Positions 18,136 through 27,828 of a stretch of 32,000 nucleotides of DNA are shown piece after piece. The notes below the pieces were generated by a model. The model ran no database searches, had not been told where the DNA came from, and was given only the letters and a program-made list of their open reading frames with translations. The translations under genes and the position numbers were made by a program. This stretch comes from Candidatus Nitrosopumilus koreensis AR1 (GTDB taxonomy: Archaea; Thermoproteota; Nitrososphaeria; Nitrososphaerales; Nitrosopumilaceae), in contig NC_018655.1 of assembly GCF_000299365.1 (NCBI RefSeq), positions 870,001 through 902,000 on the forward strand, in the 5' to 3' direction. How positions within the stretch are numbered: position 1 is the stretch's first letter; each line of letters begins with the position of its first letter.

Positions 18136-18156
18136 AAAAAACTAGTCTAGTTTTTT
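18136..18156. terminator. Bidirectional terminator-like palindrome between convergent genes
   Basis: AAAAAACTAG-T-CTAGTTTTTT, perfect 10-bp arms giving a T6 tract on each strand. A separate 6-bp hairpin TAGTGT-TTAG-ACACTA lies at 18100-18115. Confidence 0.6.
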
Positions 18157-18330
18157 CTTGGCTTTGTTGATCATAGCAATTTCTTCACGCAAGTGTTTCT
18201 TTAACAAGCGTTCATGTGCTTTTTTGTGAACACTATATGCAGTGTTAAGGGATTTTTTTGTTTTTGCTCTTTTTACTGCATTGTTGAATTTTTTGTGAAT
18301 TGCATTTACTTCAGATGTATAGGTTGCCAT
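18142..18330 (-). CDS. Small basic hypothetical protein (62 aa)
   Basis: The C-terminal part of track ORF 18142..18471 starting at MATYTSEVNAIHKKFNNAVKRAKTKKSLNTAYSVHKKAHERLLKKHLREEIAMINKAKKKLD is coding-like. The upstream extension would overlap the divergent deaminase gene. Confidence 0.6.
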   Translation of the reverse strand: MATYTSEVNAIHKKFNNAVKRAKTKKSLNTAYSVHKKAHERLLKKHLREEIAMINKAKKKLD

Positions 18331-18424
18331 TAAATCAGATGGTTTAAGGATATTAAAGAAGTTTATGTGTAAATTATTCAAAAATATGATCGCATAGCCA
18401 TTCACACATAACGCGATCCATATA

Positions 18425-18970
18425 TTGAACAGAAAAACAGAATTGGTGTTGAGTACTTTTGAGAGACCCAATTGGGATGAATATTTTATGCTTCAAGCAG
18501 AACTTGCAAAATTGCGCTCAAATTGTGTAACAAGACAAGTAGGAGCAGTCATTGTTAGAAACCACAGACAGTTAGCAACAGGATACAACGGGACACCTCC
18601 AGGAATCAAAAACTGTTTTGATGGAGGGTGTAAAAGATGCCAATTAAGAATGGAAGGAAAGATTGAATCAGGAGCATCACTTGACAGATGTCTTTGCAAT
18701 CATGCAGAAGCTAATGCAATAATGCATTGTGCAATTTTAGGCATAGAAGCAGGCATAGAAGGAGCAATACTGTATACAACATTTGTTCCCTGTTTGGAAT
18801 GTACAAAGATGGCAATTACAATAGGCATTAGAAAATTTGTGTGTCTTGACTCTTATCCAGAAACAGACTTTGACTTGTTAAAGGAAGCAGGGGTAGAAGT
18901 GGTTCAATTAGATAAAGCAAAAATTGCAAAATGGGCTCAAGAACTAGTTAACAAATACAATTCTGGATGA
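18425..18970 (+). CDS. dCMP deaminase (deoxycytidylate deaminase) family
   Basis: Zinc deaminase motifs CNHAEANAIM and PCLECTKMAI plus the dCMP deaminase-like N-terminus RPNWDEYFMLQAELAKLRSNCVTRQVGAVIVR. True start may be slightly downstream (VLSTFERPNWDEY, near 18446). Confidence 0.9.
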   Translation: MNRKTELVLSTFERPNWDEYFMLQAELAKLRSNCVTRQVGAVIVRNHRQLATGYNGTPPGIKNCFDGGCKRCQLRMEGKIESGASLDRCLCNHAEANAIMHCAILGIEAGIEGAILYTTFVPCLECTKMAITIGIRKFVCLDSYPETDFDLLKEAGVEVVQLDKAKIAKWAQELVNKYNSG

Positions 18971-18974
18971 TAAA

Positions 18975-21533
18975 ATGCAAGTCAATATGGGAGAATCTAA
19001 AAAAATTGAAACAATGCCACCATCAATGTTAGTGTCAGCAACATATGATAACAATTCAAAATCGGCAGTTTTAAAGTTCTATAATCCAGAATCTCAAAAA
19101 TTATTTTTATGGAAAGATGAAATTAATCATAAACCATATTGCTATTCAAGACTTGCCCCAGAAGAATTAGAATTTCTTCAAGAAAGAGATGACGTATTAG
19201 AAATTAAAACAGTTCAACGATATGACCTGATGAAAGACAAAGAGGTAGACATGTCAAAAATTACAGTAGCGGATCCACTTGCAATTGGAGGCACATCTGG
19301 AGACAAGAGTATTAGAAACGTAATTGAAACATGGGAATCAGACATCAAATATTATGAAAATTATCTATACGACAGAAATCTAATAGTGGGAAAATATTAC
19401 GAAGGTGTAAACGGAAGCATTCAACCCCATGATTTAGAAATTTCTGATGAAGTAAAAATTGCCCTAAAGAGTTTGTTGTGGGATAAGATTGACAGCGAAA
19501 GTATTGTAGATGCAGATGAATTTAAAAAATTTGTTTCTGAATGGGCAGATTTGCTCAATCAACCAATTCCAAAGATCAAAAGACTGAGCGTAGACATTGA
19601 AGTTGAAGCTGAAATCGGAAGGATTCCAGACCCAAAGATTGCAGAAAAAAAAGTAACTGCAATAGGGATGAAAGGAACGGATGGGTTTGACCAAATTTTT
19701 GTGCTCAAAACAGAAGGAACAGAAGAAGGGGTAAATGAATTAGAGCAAAACATCAAGGTCATATTCTATGATTCAGATAAAGAAAAAAAAATGATTCATG
19801 ACGCATTTAAGTTGATCAAAGAATTTCCGTTTGTTGTAACATACAATGGGGATGAATTTGATTTACCATATCTATACAATAGAGCAGAAAGACTAGGGAT
19901 AAAAAATTCAGAAAATCCGTTTTACATGATGCGTGATTCTGCAACATTGAAACATGGAGTTCATCTTGATTTGTATAGAACATTTTCAAATAGATCATTT
20001 CAAATCTACGCATTTAGTCAAAAATACACAAATTTTTCACTAAATAGTGTCTGTAAAGCACTACTTGGAAAAGAAAAGATAGATTACGGATTAGAATTTG
20101 ATCAATTGTCGCTATATCAAACTGCAAATTATTGTTACAATGATGCATTACTGACATATGAACTTACAAGTTTTAACAATGAACTGCTGATGCAATTATT
20201 GATAATCATTTCAAGAATTGGGAGGATGCCAATTGATGATATTGCAAGAATGGGAGTATCACAATGGATTCGAAGTCTTTTGTATTACGAACATAGAAAA
20301 AGGAATTATCTCATTCCAAAAAGACAGGAATTAGAAAGAAGATCAGAAGGGGTAATGTCTGATGCAGTTATCAAAGACAAAAAATACAGAGGAGGACTAG
20401 TGGTTGAACCAAAAGAGGGAATTCATTTTGATGTTGTTGTAATGGACTTTGCAAGTCTGTATCCTAGCATTATCAAGGTCAGAAATTTATCGTATGAGAC
20501 TGTCAGGTGCCCACATGAAGAATGTAAAAAAAATACAATTCCAGGAACGAATCACTGGACTTGTTCAAAGAAAAACGGCATTACATCAATGATCATAGGT
20601 TCATTGAGGGATTTGAGGGTAAATTACTACAAGAGTTTATCAAAAAAAGAGACACTTACTGATGAGCAAAGACAGCAATACACAGTAGTAAGTCAAGCAC
20701 TTAAAGTAATTCTAAATGCAAGTTATGGGGTGATGGGAGCTGAGATATTCCCATTATATTTTCTGCCTGCAGCAGAAGCTACCACCGCAATTGGAAGGCA
20801 CACAATTTTAGAGACAATCAAAAAATGTGAATCTGCAGGAATCAAAGTTCTTTATGGAGATACAGATTCATTATTTATCAAAAATCCAACTAAAGAACAG
20901 ATTCAAACAGTAATCGAGCAAGCAAAAAAAGATCACGGTGTTGACTTAGAAATTGACAAAACATACAGGTATTGTGTTCTAAGTAACAGAAAGAAAAATT
21001 ATCTAGGAGTAACCAAAGAAGGAAAAGTAGACGTCAAAGGCCTTACAGGAAAAAAATCACACACACCACCATTTATCAAGAAATTATTTTACGAATTACT
21101 TGATGTGTTGTCCAGTGTTCAAACAATTGAAGATTTTGAAAGAGCCAAAAAAGAAATTTCTGAAAAAATTGCCACATGCGGCAAAAAAGTAGAAGCAAAA
21201 GAAATCCCACTAGAAGATCTGACATTCAACGTAATGCTTAGCAAAGCACCATCAGAATATACAAAAACAATTCCACAACATATCCGAGCAGCAAAACAAC
21301 TAGAAACAATAAGGGAGATAAAGAAAGGAGACAGAATATCCTACATCAAAATTCTAAACAAACCAGGAGTAAAACCTGTAGAGATGGCAAAAAAAGAAGA
21401 GATTGATTCTAAAAAATACATGGAATTTATGGAAGCAACATTGGAACAGATTACATCATCAATGAATTTGGATTTTGATACAATTTTAGGAAAGCCAAAA
21501 CAAACAGGATTAGACGAATTTTTCTGGAATTAG
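18975..21533 (+). CDS. polB: Family B DNA polymerase
   Basis: 852 aa: exonuclease motif DIEVEAEIG, YNGDEFDLPYLYNRA, DFASLYPSII (motif A), KVILNASYGVMG (motif B), YGDTDSLF (motif C). C-terminus KQTGLDEFFWN. Confidence 0.95.
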   Translation: MQVNMGESKKIETMPPSMLVSATYDNNSKSAVLKFYNPESQKLFLWKDEINHKPYCYSRLAPEELEFLQERDDVLEIKTVQRYDLMKDKEVDMSKITVADPLAIGGTSGDKSIRNVIETWESDIKYYENYLYDRNLIVGKYYEGVNGSIQPHDLEISDEVKIALKSLLWDKIDSESIVDADEFKKFVSEWADLLNQPIPKIKRLSVDIEVEAEIGRIPDPKIAEKKVTAIGMKGTDGFDQIFVLKTEGTEEGVNELEQNIKVIFYDSDKEKKMIHDAFKLIKEFPFVVTYNGDEFDLPYLYNRAERLGIKNSENPFYMMRDSATLKHGVHLDLYRTFSNRSFQIYAFSQKYTNFSLNSVCKALLGKEKIDYGLEFDQLSLYQTANYCYNDALLTYELTSFNNELLMQLLIIISRIGRMPIDDIARMGVSQWIRSLLYYEHRKRNYLIPKRQELERRSEGVMSDAVIKDKKYRGGLVVEPKEGIHFDVVVMDFASLYPSIIKVRNLSYETVRCPHEECKKNTIPGTNHWTCSKKNGITSMIIGSLRDLRVNYYKSLSKKETLTDEQRQQYTVVSQALKVILNASYGVMGAEIFPLYFLPAAEATTAIGRHTILETIKKCESAGIKVLYGDTDSLFIKNPTKEQIQTVIEQAKKDHGVDLEIDKTYRYCVLSNRKKNYLGVTKEGKVDVKGLTGKKSHTPPFIKKLFYELLDVLSSVQTIEDFERAKKEISEKIATCGKKVEAKEIPLEDLTFNVMLSKAPSEYTKTIPQHIRAAKQLETIREIKKGDRISYIKILNKPGVKPVEMAKKEEIDSKKYMEFMEATLEQITSSMNLDFDTILGKPKQTGLDEFFWN

Positions 21534-21541
21534 TGAAATAA

Positions 21542-21835
21542 ATGGAAATTGACGGAACCCTACTTACCATCTTAGGAATAGCTGCAGGAATTCTAATTCT
21601 TTCAGGATGGGTAGAACAAATCTACAAAGGATACAAAACAAAAAGACTCAAAGATGTTTCAAAATTTTTGATGATATTCATAGCATCAGGTTCAATTTTA
21701 TGGTTAATTTATGGAATCATAGTAGAAGACGTGTTTATCATTGGGACAAATGCATCAGGAATTGCATTAATGATGATTGTATTGGGAATGAAGAAAACAT
21801 ATGATAAAAGATTAAGAAGTCAAATCAAAGATTAA
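21542..21835 (+). CDS. SemiSWEET / MtN3-saliva (PQ-loop) family small transporter-like protein
   Basis: 97 aa with three predicted TM helices: GILILSGWVEQIYKGYKTKRLKDVSKFLMIFIASGSILWLIYGI. Confidence 0.75.
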   Translation: MEIDGTLLTILGIAAGILILSGWVEQIYKGYKTKRLKDVSKFLMIFIASGSILWLIYGIIVEDVFIIGTNASGIALMMIVLGMKKTYDKRLRSQIKD

Positions 21836-21861
21836 ATACAATACAAAAAGGTTCAAAGAAG

Positions 21862-22518
21862 ATGTTTGTAATCAATTGTAAAAATTATGAAGAAATTTCA
21901 GGAGACAAAATCATTAAATTTGTAAAAATTGCTGAAAAAATTTCAAAAAAATTTAAGATAAAAATTGCAATATGTCCACCTCAGCACCTCATAGGAGTTG
22001 TTGCAAATAGTTCAATTCCAATTTTTGCACAACATGTTGATGATTCCAATGTAGGTAGCACGACAGGTTTTGTAATACCAGAATTACTAAAAAAATCCAA
22101 AGTAAATGGATCATTGATCAACCATAGCGAACATAGAATTTTATCAAAAGAGATTTCAAAAATAGTATCAAAGTTAAAAGATCTGAAAATGACATCAATT
22201 GTTTGTGTGAGAGATGTAGCAGAGGCAAGAAAATATGCCAAACTAAACCCAGATTACATTGCAATAGAACCTCCAGAGCTTATAGGTTCAGGAAAATCAG
22301 TATCGACTCATAGACCAGAACTAATAACAAAAGCTGCAATCGCAGTAAAAGATGCAAAAAATAACACAAAACTTCTTTGTGGTGCAGGAATTATTTCAGG
22401 AAAAGATGTTTCAAAAGCAGTTGAATTAGGTTCAAAAGGAATTCTAGTTGCAAGCGGTATAATCAAAGCAAAAGATTGGAACAAAATAATTTCTGAATTT
22501 GCCAAGGCATTAGTTTAA
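21862..22518 (+). CDS. tpiA: Triosephosphate isomerase
   Basis: 218 aa archaeal-type TIM: VNCKNYEE, NHSEHR, CVRDVAEARKY, YIAIEPPELIGSG and LLCGAGIISGKDV motifs. Confidence 0.95.
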   Translation: MFVINCKNYEEISGDKIIKFVKIAEKISKKFKIKIAICPPQHLIGVVANSSIPIFAQHVDDSNVGSTTGFVIPELLKKSKVNGSLINHSEHRILSKEISKIVSKLKDLKMTSIVCVRDVAEARKYAKLNPDYIAIEPPELIGSGKSVSTHRPELITKAAIAVKDAKNNTKLLCGAGIISGKDVSKAVELGSKGILVASGIIKAKDWNKIISEFAKALV

Positions 22519-22545
22519 AAAGCCAAAAAATTTACGCATTTTTGC

Positions 22546-25209
22546 ATGGCAAAAACAAAACCAGTGTATGCATTTGAAGAGGCAGATAGTAAAAACAGGA
22601 TGCTTTTAGGCGGAAAAGGAGCAGGACTGAGCGAAATGACACGATTAAAGCTTCCAGTACCACCAGGATTTACGATCACAACTGAAGTTTGTAACAAGTA
22701 TTATGAAAATAACAGAAAACTCCCAAAAGATGTCATGCCATTAGTAATGAAAAATATTGAAAAAATAGAGAAAAAAACAGGGAAAAAATGGAATTCAACA
22801 AAAAACCCATTGCTGGTTTCAGTTCGTTCTGGGGCAGCCATATCAATGCCAGGAATGATGGATACGATTTTGAATTTAGGATTAAATGAAAAAACAGTGG
22901 AAGGATTAGCAAATCAAACAAAAAATCCACGTTTTGCATGGGATTCATATCGAAGATTTATCCAATTATTTGGAAAAGTGGTATTTGGGGTAAATGATGA
23001 AAAATTTGATCACGTATTAGAATCTGCAAAAAACAAACAAAACGTAAAAGATGACAGTCAATTAAGTGTTGAATCACTAGAAAAAATTGTAGCAGAATAT
23101 AAAAAAATCTGTGAAACACACACAAAAAGAAAATTTCCGGATTCGCCTAATGAACAATTAGGATTGGCAATAGAAGCTGTCTTCAAAAGTTGGATGGGAG
23201 AAAGAGCAATAGTTTATCGTGAAAAAAACAACATAACAAAAGACATTGCAAATGGAACTGCAGTTAATGTTGTTACAATGGTTTTTGGAAACATGGGAGA
23301 TGACAGTGCAACAGGTGTTGTATTTACAAGAAACGGACACAATGGCAAGAAGGAAATTGAGGGGGAATATTTGATAAATGCGCAAGGAGAAGATGTGGTT
23401 GCAGGAGTCAGAACAGGAAAAAATGTATCTCTATTAAAAAAAGAAATGCCAAAATCTTACAAAGAACTAAGCAATGCATGTTCAAAATTAGAGAAACATT
23501 TCAGAGAGCCACAAGATATTGAATTTACCATTGAACAAGGGAAATTCTACTTGTTACAAACAAGAACTGCAAAGATGAGCGCAATGGCATTAATTAAAAC
23601 ATCAGTAGATATGGTAAAAGAAAAATTAATTGATAAAAATAAAGCACTAGCAAGAATTCCTGCACAACAATTAGAAGCATTACTCCATCGAACCATGGAC
23701 GAATCAAAGATCAAAGATCACAAACAATTAGCCAAAGGTATTGCAGCATCACCGGGAGCTGCAAGCGGAATTGCTGTGTTTGATGTAAAAAAAGCAATAG
23801 AGTTAGGAGAAACAGGAAAAAAGATTATTTTAATTAGAAAAGAAACAAAACCAGAAGACGTTCCAGCATTCTTTTCCTCAGAAGGAGTACTGACAAGTTT
23901 GGGAGGAAAATCATCTCATGCAGCAATCGTATCCAGAGGAATGGGAAAACCATGCATTGTAGGATGTTCAGAATTAAAAATCAATTATGAAAATAACACA
24001 TGTGCTGCAAATGGGATCACTGTAAAAGAAGGCGAAACAATCACAATTGACGGTAGTGCAGGAATCGTACTCATTGGCGAAGTCCCAACTGTCGAACCAA
24101 AGGTAACAAAAGATTTTGAACAGATTCTAGTATGGGCACAAAAAGCAAAATCATTAGGAGTTAGGGCAAATGCTGATACTCCAGAGGCTGCAAAACTTGC
24201 ACGAGAATTTGGAGCCCAAGGAATCGGTCTTTGTAGAACAGAGAGGATGTTCAATGCAAGCGACAGAATTGGCTTATTTGTTGATATGATCATGGCAGAA
24301 AACATAGAAGAAAGAGCCAAAGTTCTCAAAAAACTAGGGCAACTACAAAAAAGTGACTTTATTCAAATCCTAAAAGCAATGGAAGGATATGAGGTGACAA
24401 TTAGATTATTGGATCCTCCATTACATGAATTCCTACCAAATCCTGAAGAATTAGCAGAAAAAATTCATACATTAGAAAAGCAAAATGCAACAAAAGAAGT
24501 TGAAGATGCCAAAGTGATACTAAAGAGAGCAAGGGAATTAGCAGAAGTAAATCCAATGATGGGACATAGAGGAGTAAGAGTAGGTATCACATATCCTGAA
24601 ATTTATGAGATGCAAATTCGCGCAGTGTTTGAGGCATTAGTAGAATTAACAAAGAAAAAAGTAAAAGCACATCCACAAATTATGATTCCTCAGATCAGCA
24701 GTATTGCTGAATTAAACCACATAAAGAAAATTTATGACAGAATAAAGAAGGAAGTCGAAACCAAAAACAAAATGAAATTAACGATTAATTTTGGTACCAT
24801 GATAGAAGTTGTAAGGGCAGCATTAACTGCTAACGAACTTGCAACAACTGCAGAGTTCTTTAGTTTTGGTACTAACGATTTAACACAAGGAACGTTTAGT
24901 TTTAGTCGAGAGGATGTAGAAGGAAAATTCCTTCCAGAGTACATGGAAAAAGAACTACTTGAACGAAGTCCGTTCCAATCTATTGATGTAAACGGTGTAG
25001 GAAGCTTAATCAAAATCGGAATTGCCCACGGACGTGGAATAAGAAAGAACATGGAAGTAGGAATTTGCGGAGAGCACGGAGGAGATCCAAGTTCCATTAA
25101 ATTCTGTCATAAAGCAGGATTAAGTTATGTTAGTGCGTCACCTCACAGAATTCCAATAGCAATAGTTGCAGCAGCACAGGCAGCAATTGAAAATCCTAAA
25201 AGAAAATAA
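22546..25209 (+). CDS. ppdK: Pyruvate, phosphate dikinase
   Basis: 887 aa: GGKGAGLSEMTRLKLPVPPGFTITTEVC, LTSLGGKSSHAAIVSRGMGKPCIVG (catalytic His), GLCRTERMF, FGTNDLTQGTFSFSRED, GICGEHGGDPSSIKFCHKAG. Confidence 0.97.
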   Translation: MAKTKPVYAFEEADSKNRMLLGGKGAGLSEMTRLKLPVPPGFTITTEVCNKYYENNRKLPKDVMPLVMKNIEKIEKKTGKKWNSTKNPLLVSVRSGAAISMPGMMDTILNLGLNEKTVEGLANQTKNPRFAWDSYRRFIQLFGKVVFGVNDEKFDHVLESAKNKQNVKDDSQLSVESLEKIVAEYKKICETHTKRKFPDSPNEQLGLAIEAVFKSWMGERAIVYREKNNITKDIANGTAVNVVTMVFGNMGDDSATGVVFTRNGHNGKKEIEGEYLINAQGEDVVAGVRTGKNVSLLKKEMPKSYKELSNACSKLEKHFREPQDIEFTIEQGKFYLLQTRTAKMSAMALIKTSVDMVKEKLIDKNKALARIPAQQLEALLHRTMDESKIKDHKQLAKGIAASPGAASGIAVFDVKKAIELGETGKKIILIRKETKPEDVPAFFSSEGVLTSLGGKSSHAAIVSRGMGKPCIVGCSELKINYENNTCAANGITVKEGETITIDGSAGIVLIGEVPTVEPKVTKDFEQILVWAQKAKSLGVRANADTPEAAKLAREFGAQGIGLCRTERMFNASDRIGLFVDMIMAENIEERAKVLKKLGQLQKSDFIQILKAMEGYEVTIRLLDPPLHEFLPNPEELAEKIHTLEKQNATKEVEDAKVILKRARELAEVNPMMGHRGVRVGITYPEIYEMQIRAVFEALVELTKKKVKAHPQIMIPQISSIAELNHIKKIYDRIKKEVETKNKMKLTINFGTMIEVVRAALTANELATTAEFFSFGTNDLTQGTFSFSREDVEGKFLPEYMEKELLERSPFQSIDVNGVGSLIKIGIAHGRGIRKNMEVGICGEHGGDPSSIKFCHKAGLSYVSASPHRIPIAIVAAAQAAIENPKRK

Positions 25210-25251
25210 TCCAGTATAATTTAATAGTGATTAAGCTTTACTTAATCCCAA

Positions 25252-25809
25252 ATGCTTCCAAATGTTGAATCAATAAAACAAATGAGACAAAAGTTAGGAA
25301 TCACTCAAAAAAAACTTGCAGTGATGACAGGTGTGAGTACATCAATGATCAACCAGATAGAATCAGGAAGAAGTCAACCAAGCTATGAAACTGCAAAAAA
25401 AATTTTTGAGAATCTATCTAACCTTGAAAGCAGGTCATCATCTCACAAAGCAGGGGATTTTTGTAGTCAAGACATCATAAAGTTGAAACCATCAAACACA
25501 TTACATGATGCAATAAAAAAGATGCATCAATTATCAATTAGTCAAATTCCAGTATTTGATGGAAAAGAGATAGTAGGAGTTGTATCGGAAGATGGAATTG
25601 TAAAGCATCTGGCAGATGTTGGAGAAGCAGAATTAAAGAATGCAAAGCTTGCAGATACAATGGATCCTGTTCCACCAATAGTAGATTTTGAAACACCAGC
25701 AAATGTTCTTGTTCCATTAATTCGATACTCAAAATGTATATTGGTTACAAAAAAATCAAAAATAGTAGGAATCATTACTGCGTCAGATACATTAAAGATG
25801 ATGGAATAG
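25252..25809 (+). CDS. XRE-type HTH plus CBS-domain-pair regulator
   Basis: 185 aa: IKQMRQKLGITQKKLAVMTGVSTSMINQIESGRSQPSYETAKKI (HTH) followed by two CBS-like repeats. Confidence 0.9.
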   Translation: MLPNVESIKQMRQKLGITQKKLAVMTGVSTSMINQIESGRSQPSYETAKKIFENLSNLESRSSSHKAGDFCSQDIIKLKPSNTLHDAIKKMHQLSISQIPVFDGKEIVGVVSEDGIVKHLADVGEAELKNAKLADTMDPVPPIVDFETPANVLVPLIRYSKCILVTKKSKIVGIITASDTLKMME

Positions 25810-25826
25810 TTATTTGTTAGATTTGT

Positions 25827-26225
25827 TTACTGTTTTGGATGAGCACAGAGTTCAGCCAAAACACCATGAAGTGATTTTGGATGGATAAAAGTGACTTTAG
25901 TGCCAGCAGAACCAGGTCTTATTTGACCTAAGAATTGAACACCACATCCTTCCATTCTTTCTACTTCACCCTCAATGTTGTCAGTTTCTAAAGCCATATG
26001 ATGTAGTCCTTGGCCTTTTTTTTCCAAGAATTTTTTGATAGGACTGTCATCATTTGTTGGTTGCATTAATTCAACACGTCCATTCTCTAAATGAATAATT
26101 GCAACTTTAACACCTTCAGATTCTACAGTTTCAAATTCTACGGAATCAACACCTAAAGCTTGTTGATATATTTTGGCAGATTCTTCAACATCATTTACTG
26201 CAATTGCAATATGATCAATCTTCAT
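25827..26225 (-). CDS. mce: Methylmalonyl-CoA epimerase
   Basis: 132 aa VOC-fold protein: KIDHIAIAVNDVEESAKIY...GQGLHHMALETDNIE...HPKSLHGVLAELC. Confidence 0.95.
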   Translation of the reverse strand: MKIDHIAIAVNDVEESAKIYQQALGVDSVEFETVESEGVKVAIIHLENGRVELMQPTNDDSPIKKFLEKKGQGLHHMALETDNIEGEVERMEGCGVQFLGQIRPGSAGTKVTFIHPKSLHGVLAELCAHPKQ

Positions 26226-27824
26226 CTAAAATACCTCCTTTGGACGATATTCACCAAATACTTCACGAAACGCATTACTGATCTCACCAGTGGTGGCATA
26301 CGATTTTGCTGCAGTAATTATGTAAGGCATGAGATTATCATCGGTTTCAGCTGCACTTTGCATTGCAGATAACGCTTTTTCCCACTTCTTTTTGTCCCTA
26401 GACGCACGTAATTGTTTTAGTGCTTTTTTCTGCTGAATCTCAACTTTTCCACCAATTCGAAGTAATTCAGGTTGTTTTTCTTCCTCAACATATTTGTTAA
26501 CACCAACAAGAATTCTTTCACCGTCATCAGCTTCTTTCTTTAAACGATATGCATTTGCCCTAATTTCAGATTGGAAGAATCCCTTCTCAATTGCTTTTAC
26601 TGAACCACCCATCTTTTGGATTTTCTTAAGATACTTCCAAACACCATCTTCAATTTGGTCAGATAATTCTTCAAGATAATAAGAGCCACCAAGTGGATCT
26701 GCAGTCTTTGTGATTCCACTCTCATGAGCAACAATTTGCTGAGTTCTCAAGGCTATTTTTGCAGATTCTTGAGTTGGAAGAGCTAATGCTTCATCTCTAG
26801 AGTTTGTATGAAGTGATTGGGTACCGCCAGCTACTGCTGCCATTGTTTGAATTGCCACACGAATTATGTTGTTATCAGGTTGTTGTGCAGTTAGGGATTC
26901 ACCACTTGTTTGAGTATGGAATTTTAGTTGTAATGATTTTGGGTTTTTTGCATGGAACATTTCTTTGAGAATTTTTGCATAAACTTTTCTTGCAACTCTA
27001 AACTTTGCAACTTCCTCAAAGAACTCTATTGTACAACAAAAGAAAAATGACAAACGCGGTGCAAAGTCATCAATCTTTAGTCCTTTATCCAAACATGTTT
27101 GAATGTATGCAATTGCATTTGCCAATGTAAATGCAACTTCCTGTGTTGCAGTACAGCCTGCCTCTCTCATATGGTAACCAGAGATAGATACAGGATACCA
27201 TGAAGGAACTTTTTCGGCACAATATCCAATCATATCACCAATCAACCTCATTGAAGGTTGTGGTGGATAGATGTACGTATTTCTTGCAATGTATTCTTTG
27301 AGAATATCATTTTGAGTGGTTCCACGTAGTTCATGGCTTTTGAATCCTTGTGATTCTCCAACCGCAATATAGTATGCAAGCAGTGTTGATGCTGTAGAGT
27401 TAATTGTCATCGAAGAGCTTACTTTACCAAGTGGAATTCCATCAAAAGCAGTCATCATATCTTTAATTGAAGTAATAGAAACTCCGACTTTTCCAACTTC
27501 GCCTTCTGCTTGAGGAGAATCAGAATCATATCCAATTTGCGTAGGAAGGTCAAAAGCCATTGAAAGGCCGGTTTGTCCTTTTTCAAGCATGAACTTGAAT
27601 CGTTCATTAGTGAGTTTGGCATCACCAAATCCAGAATATTGTCTCATAGTCCAAAATCTATCACGAAACATTCCAGGATGAATTCCTCGAGTAAATGGGT
27701 ATTTACCAGCGTCTTCTACTGATCTTTTCTTAGATGATTTTTGATAGATTCGTTTTACTGGAAAACCAGAATCAGTAATGACTTTTTTTTCAGGTTGTTT
27801 TGATTTTGATTTTTTTGCTGCCAT
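26226..27824 (-). CDS. Methylmalonyl-CoA mutase, large (catalytic) subunit
   Basis: 532 aa: TMRQYSGFGDAKLTNERF, GLSMAFDLPTQIGYDSD, ELRGTTQNDILKEYIARNTYIYPPQPSMR, SISGYHMREAG, LHTNSRDEALALPT. Confidence 0.96.
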   Translation of the reverse strand: MAAKKSKSKQPEKKVITDSGFPVKRIYQKSSKKRSVEDAGKYPFTRGIHPGMFRDRFWTMRQYSGFGDAKLTNERFKFMLEKGQTGLSMAFDLPTQIGYDSDSPQAEGEVGKVGVSITSIKDMMTAFDGIPLGKVSSSMTINSTASTLLAYYIAVGESQGFKSHELRGTTQNDILKEYIARNTYIYPPQPSMRLIGDMIGYCAEKVPSWYPVSISGYHMREAGCTATQEVAFTLANAIAYIQTCLDKGLKIDDFAPRLSFFFCCTIEFFEEVAKFRVARKVYAKILKEMFHAKNPKSLQLKFHTQTSGESLTAQQPDNNIIRVAIQTMAAVAGGTQSLHTNSRDEALALPTQESAKIALRTQQIVAHESGITKTADPLGGSYYLEELSDQIEDGVWKYLKKIQKMGGSVKAIEKGFFQSEIRANAYRLKKEADDGERILVGVNKYVEEEKQPELLRIGGKVEIQQKKALKQLRASRDKKKWEKALSAMQSAAETDDNLMPYIITAAKSYATTGEISNAFREVFGEYRPKEVF

Positions 27825-27828
27825 AGTA

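Noticed and set aside
18331-18471. N-terminal extension of the 109-aa minus ORF
   Set aside because: The extension (MGLSKVLNTNSVFLFNIWIALCVNGYAII...) covers the AT-rich promoter region of the deaminase gene; the internal MATYTSE start at 18330 is more plausible.
19464-20013. Minus-strand ORFs opposite the polymerase gene
   Set aside because: Antisense shadows of the PolB exonuclease domain coding region.
23985-25097. Minus-strand ORFs 23985..24329 and 24732..25097
   Set aside because: Antisense shadows within the long PPDK gene.
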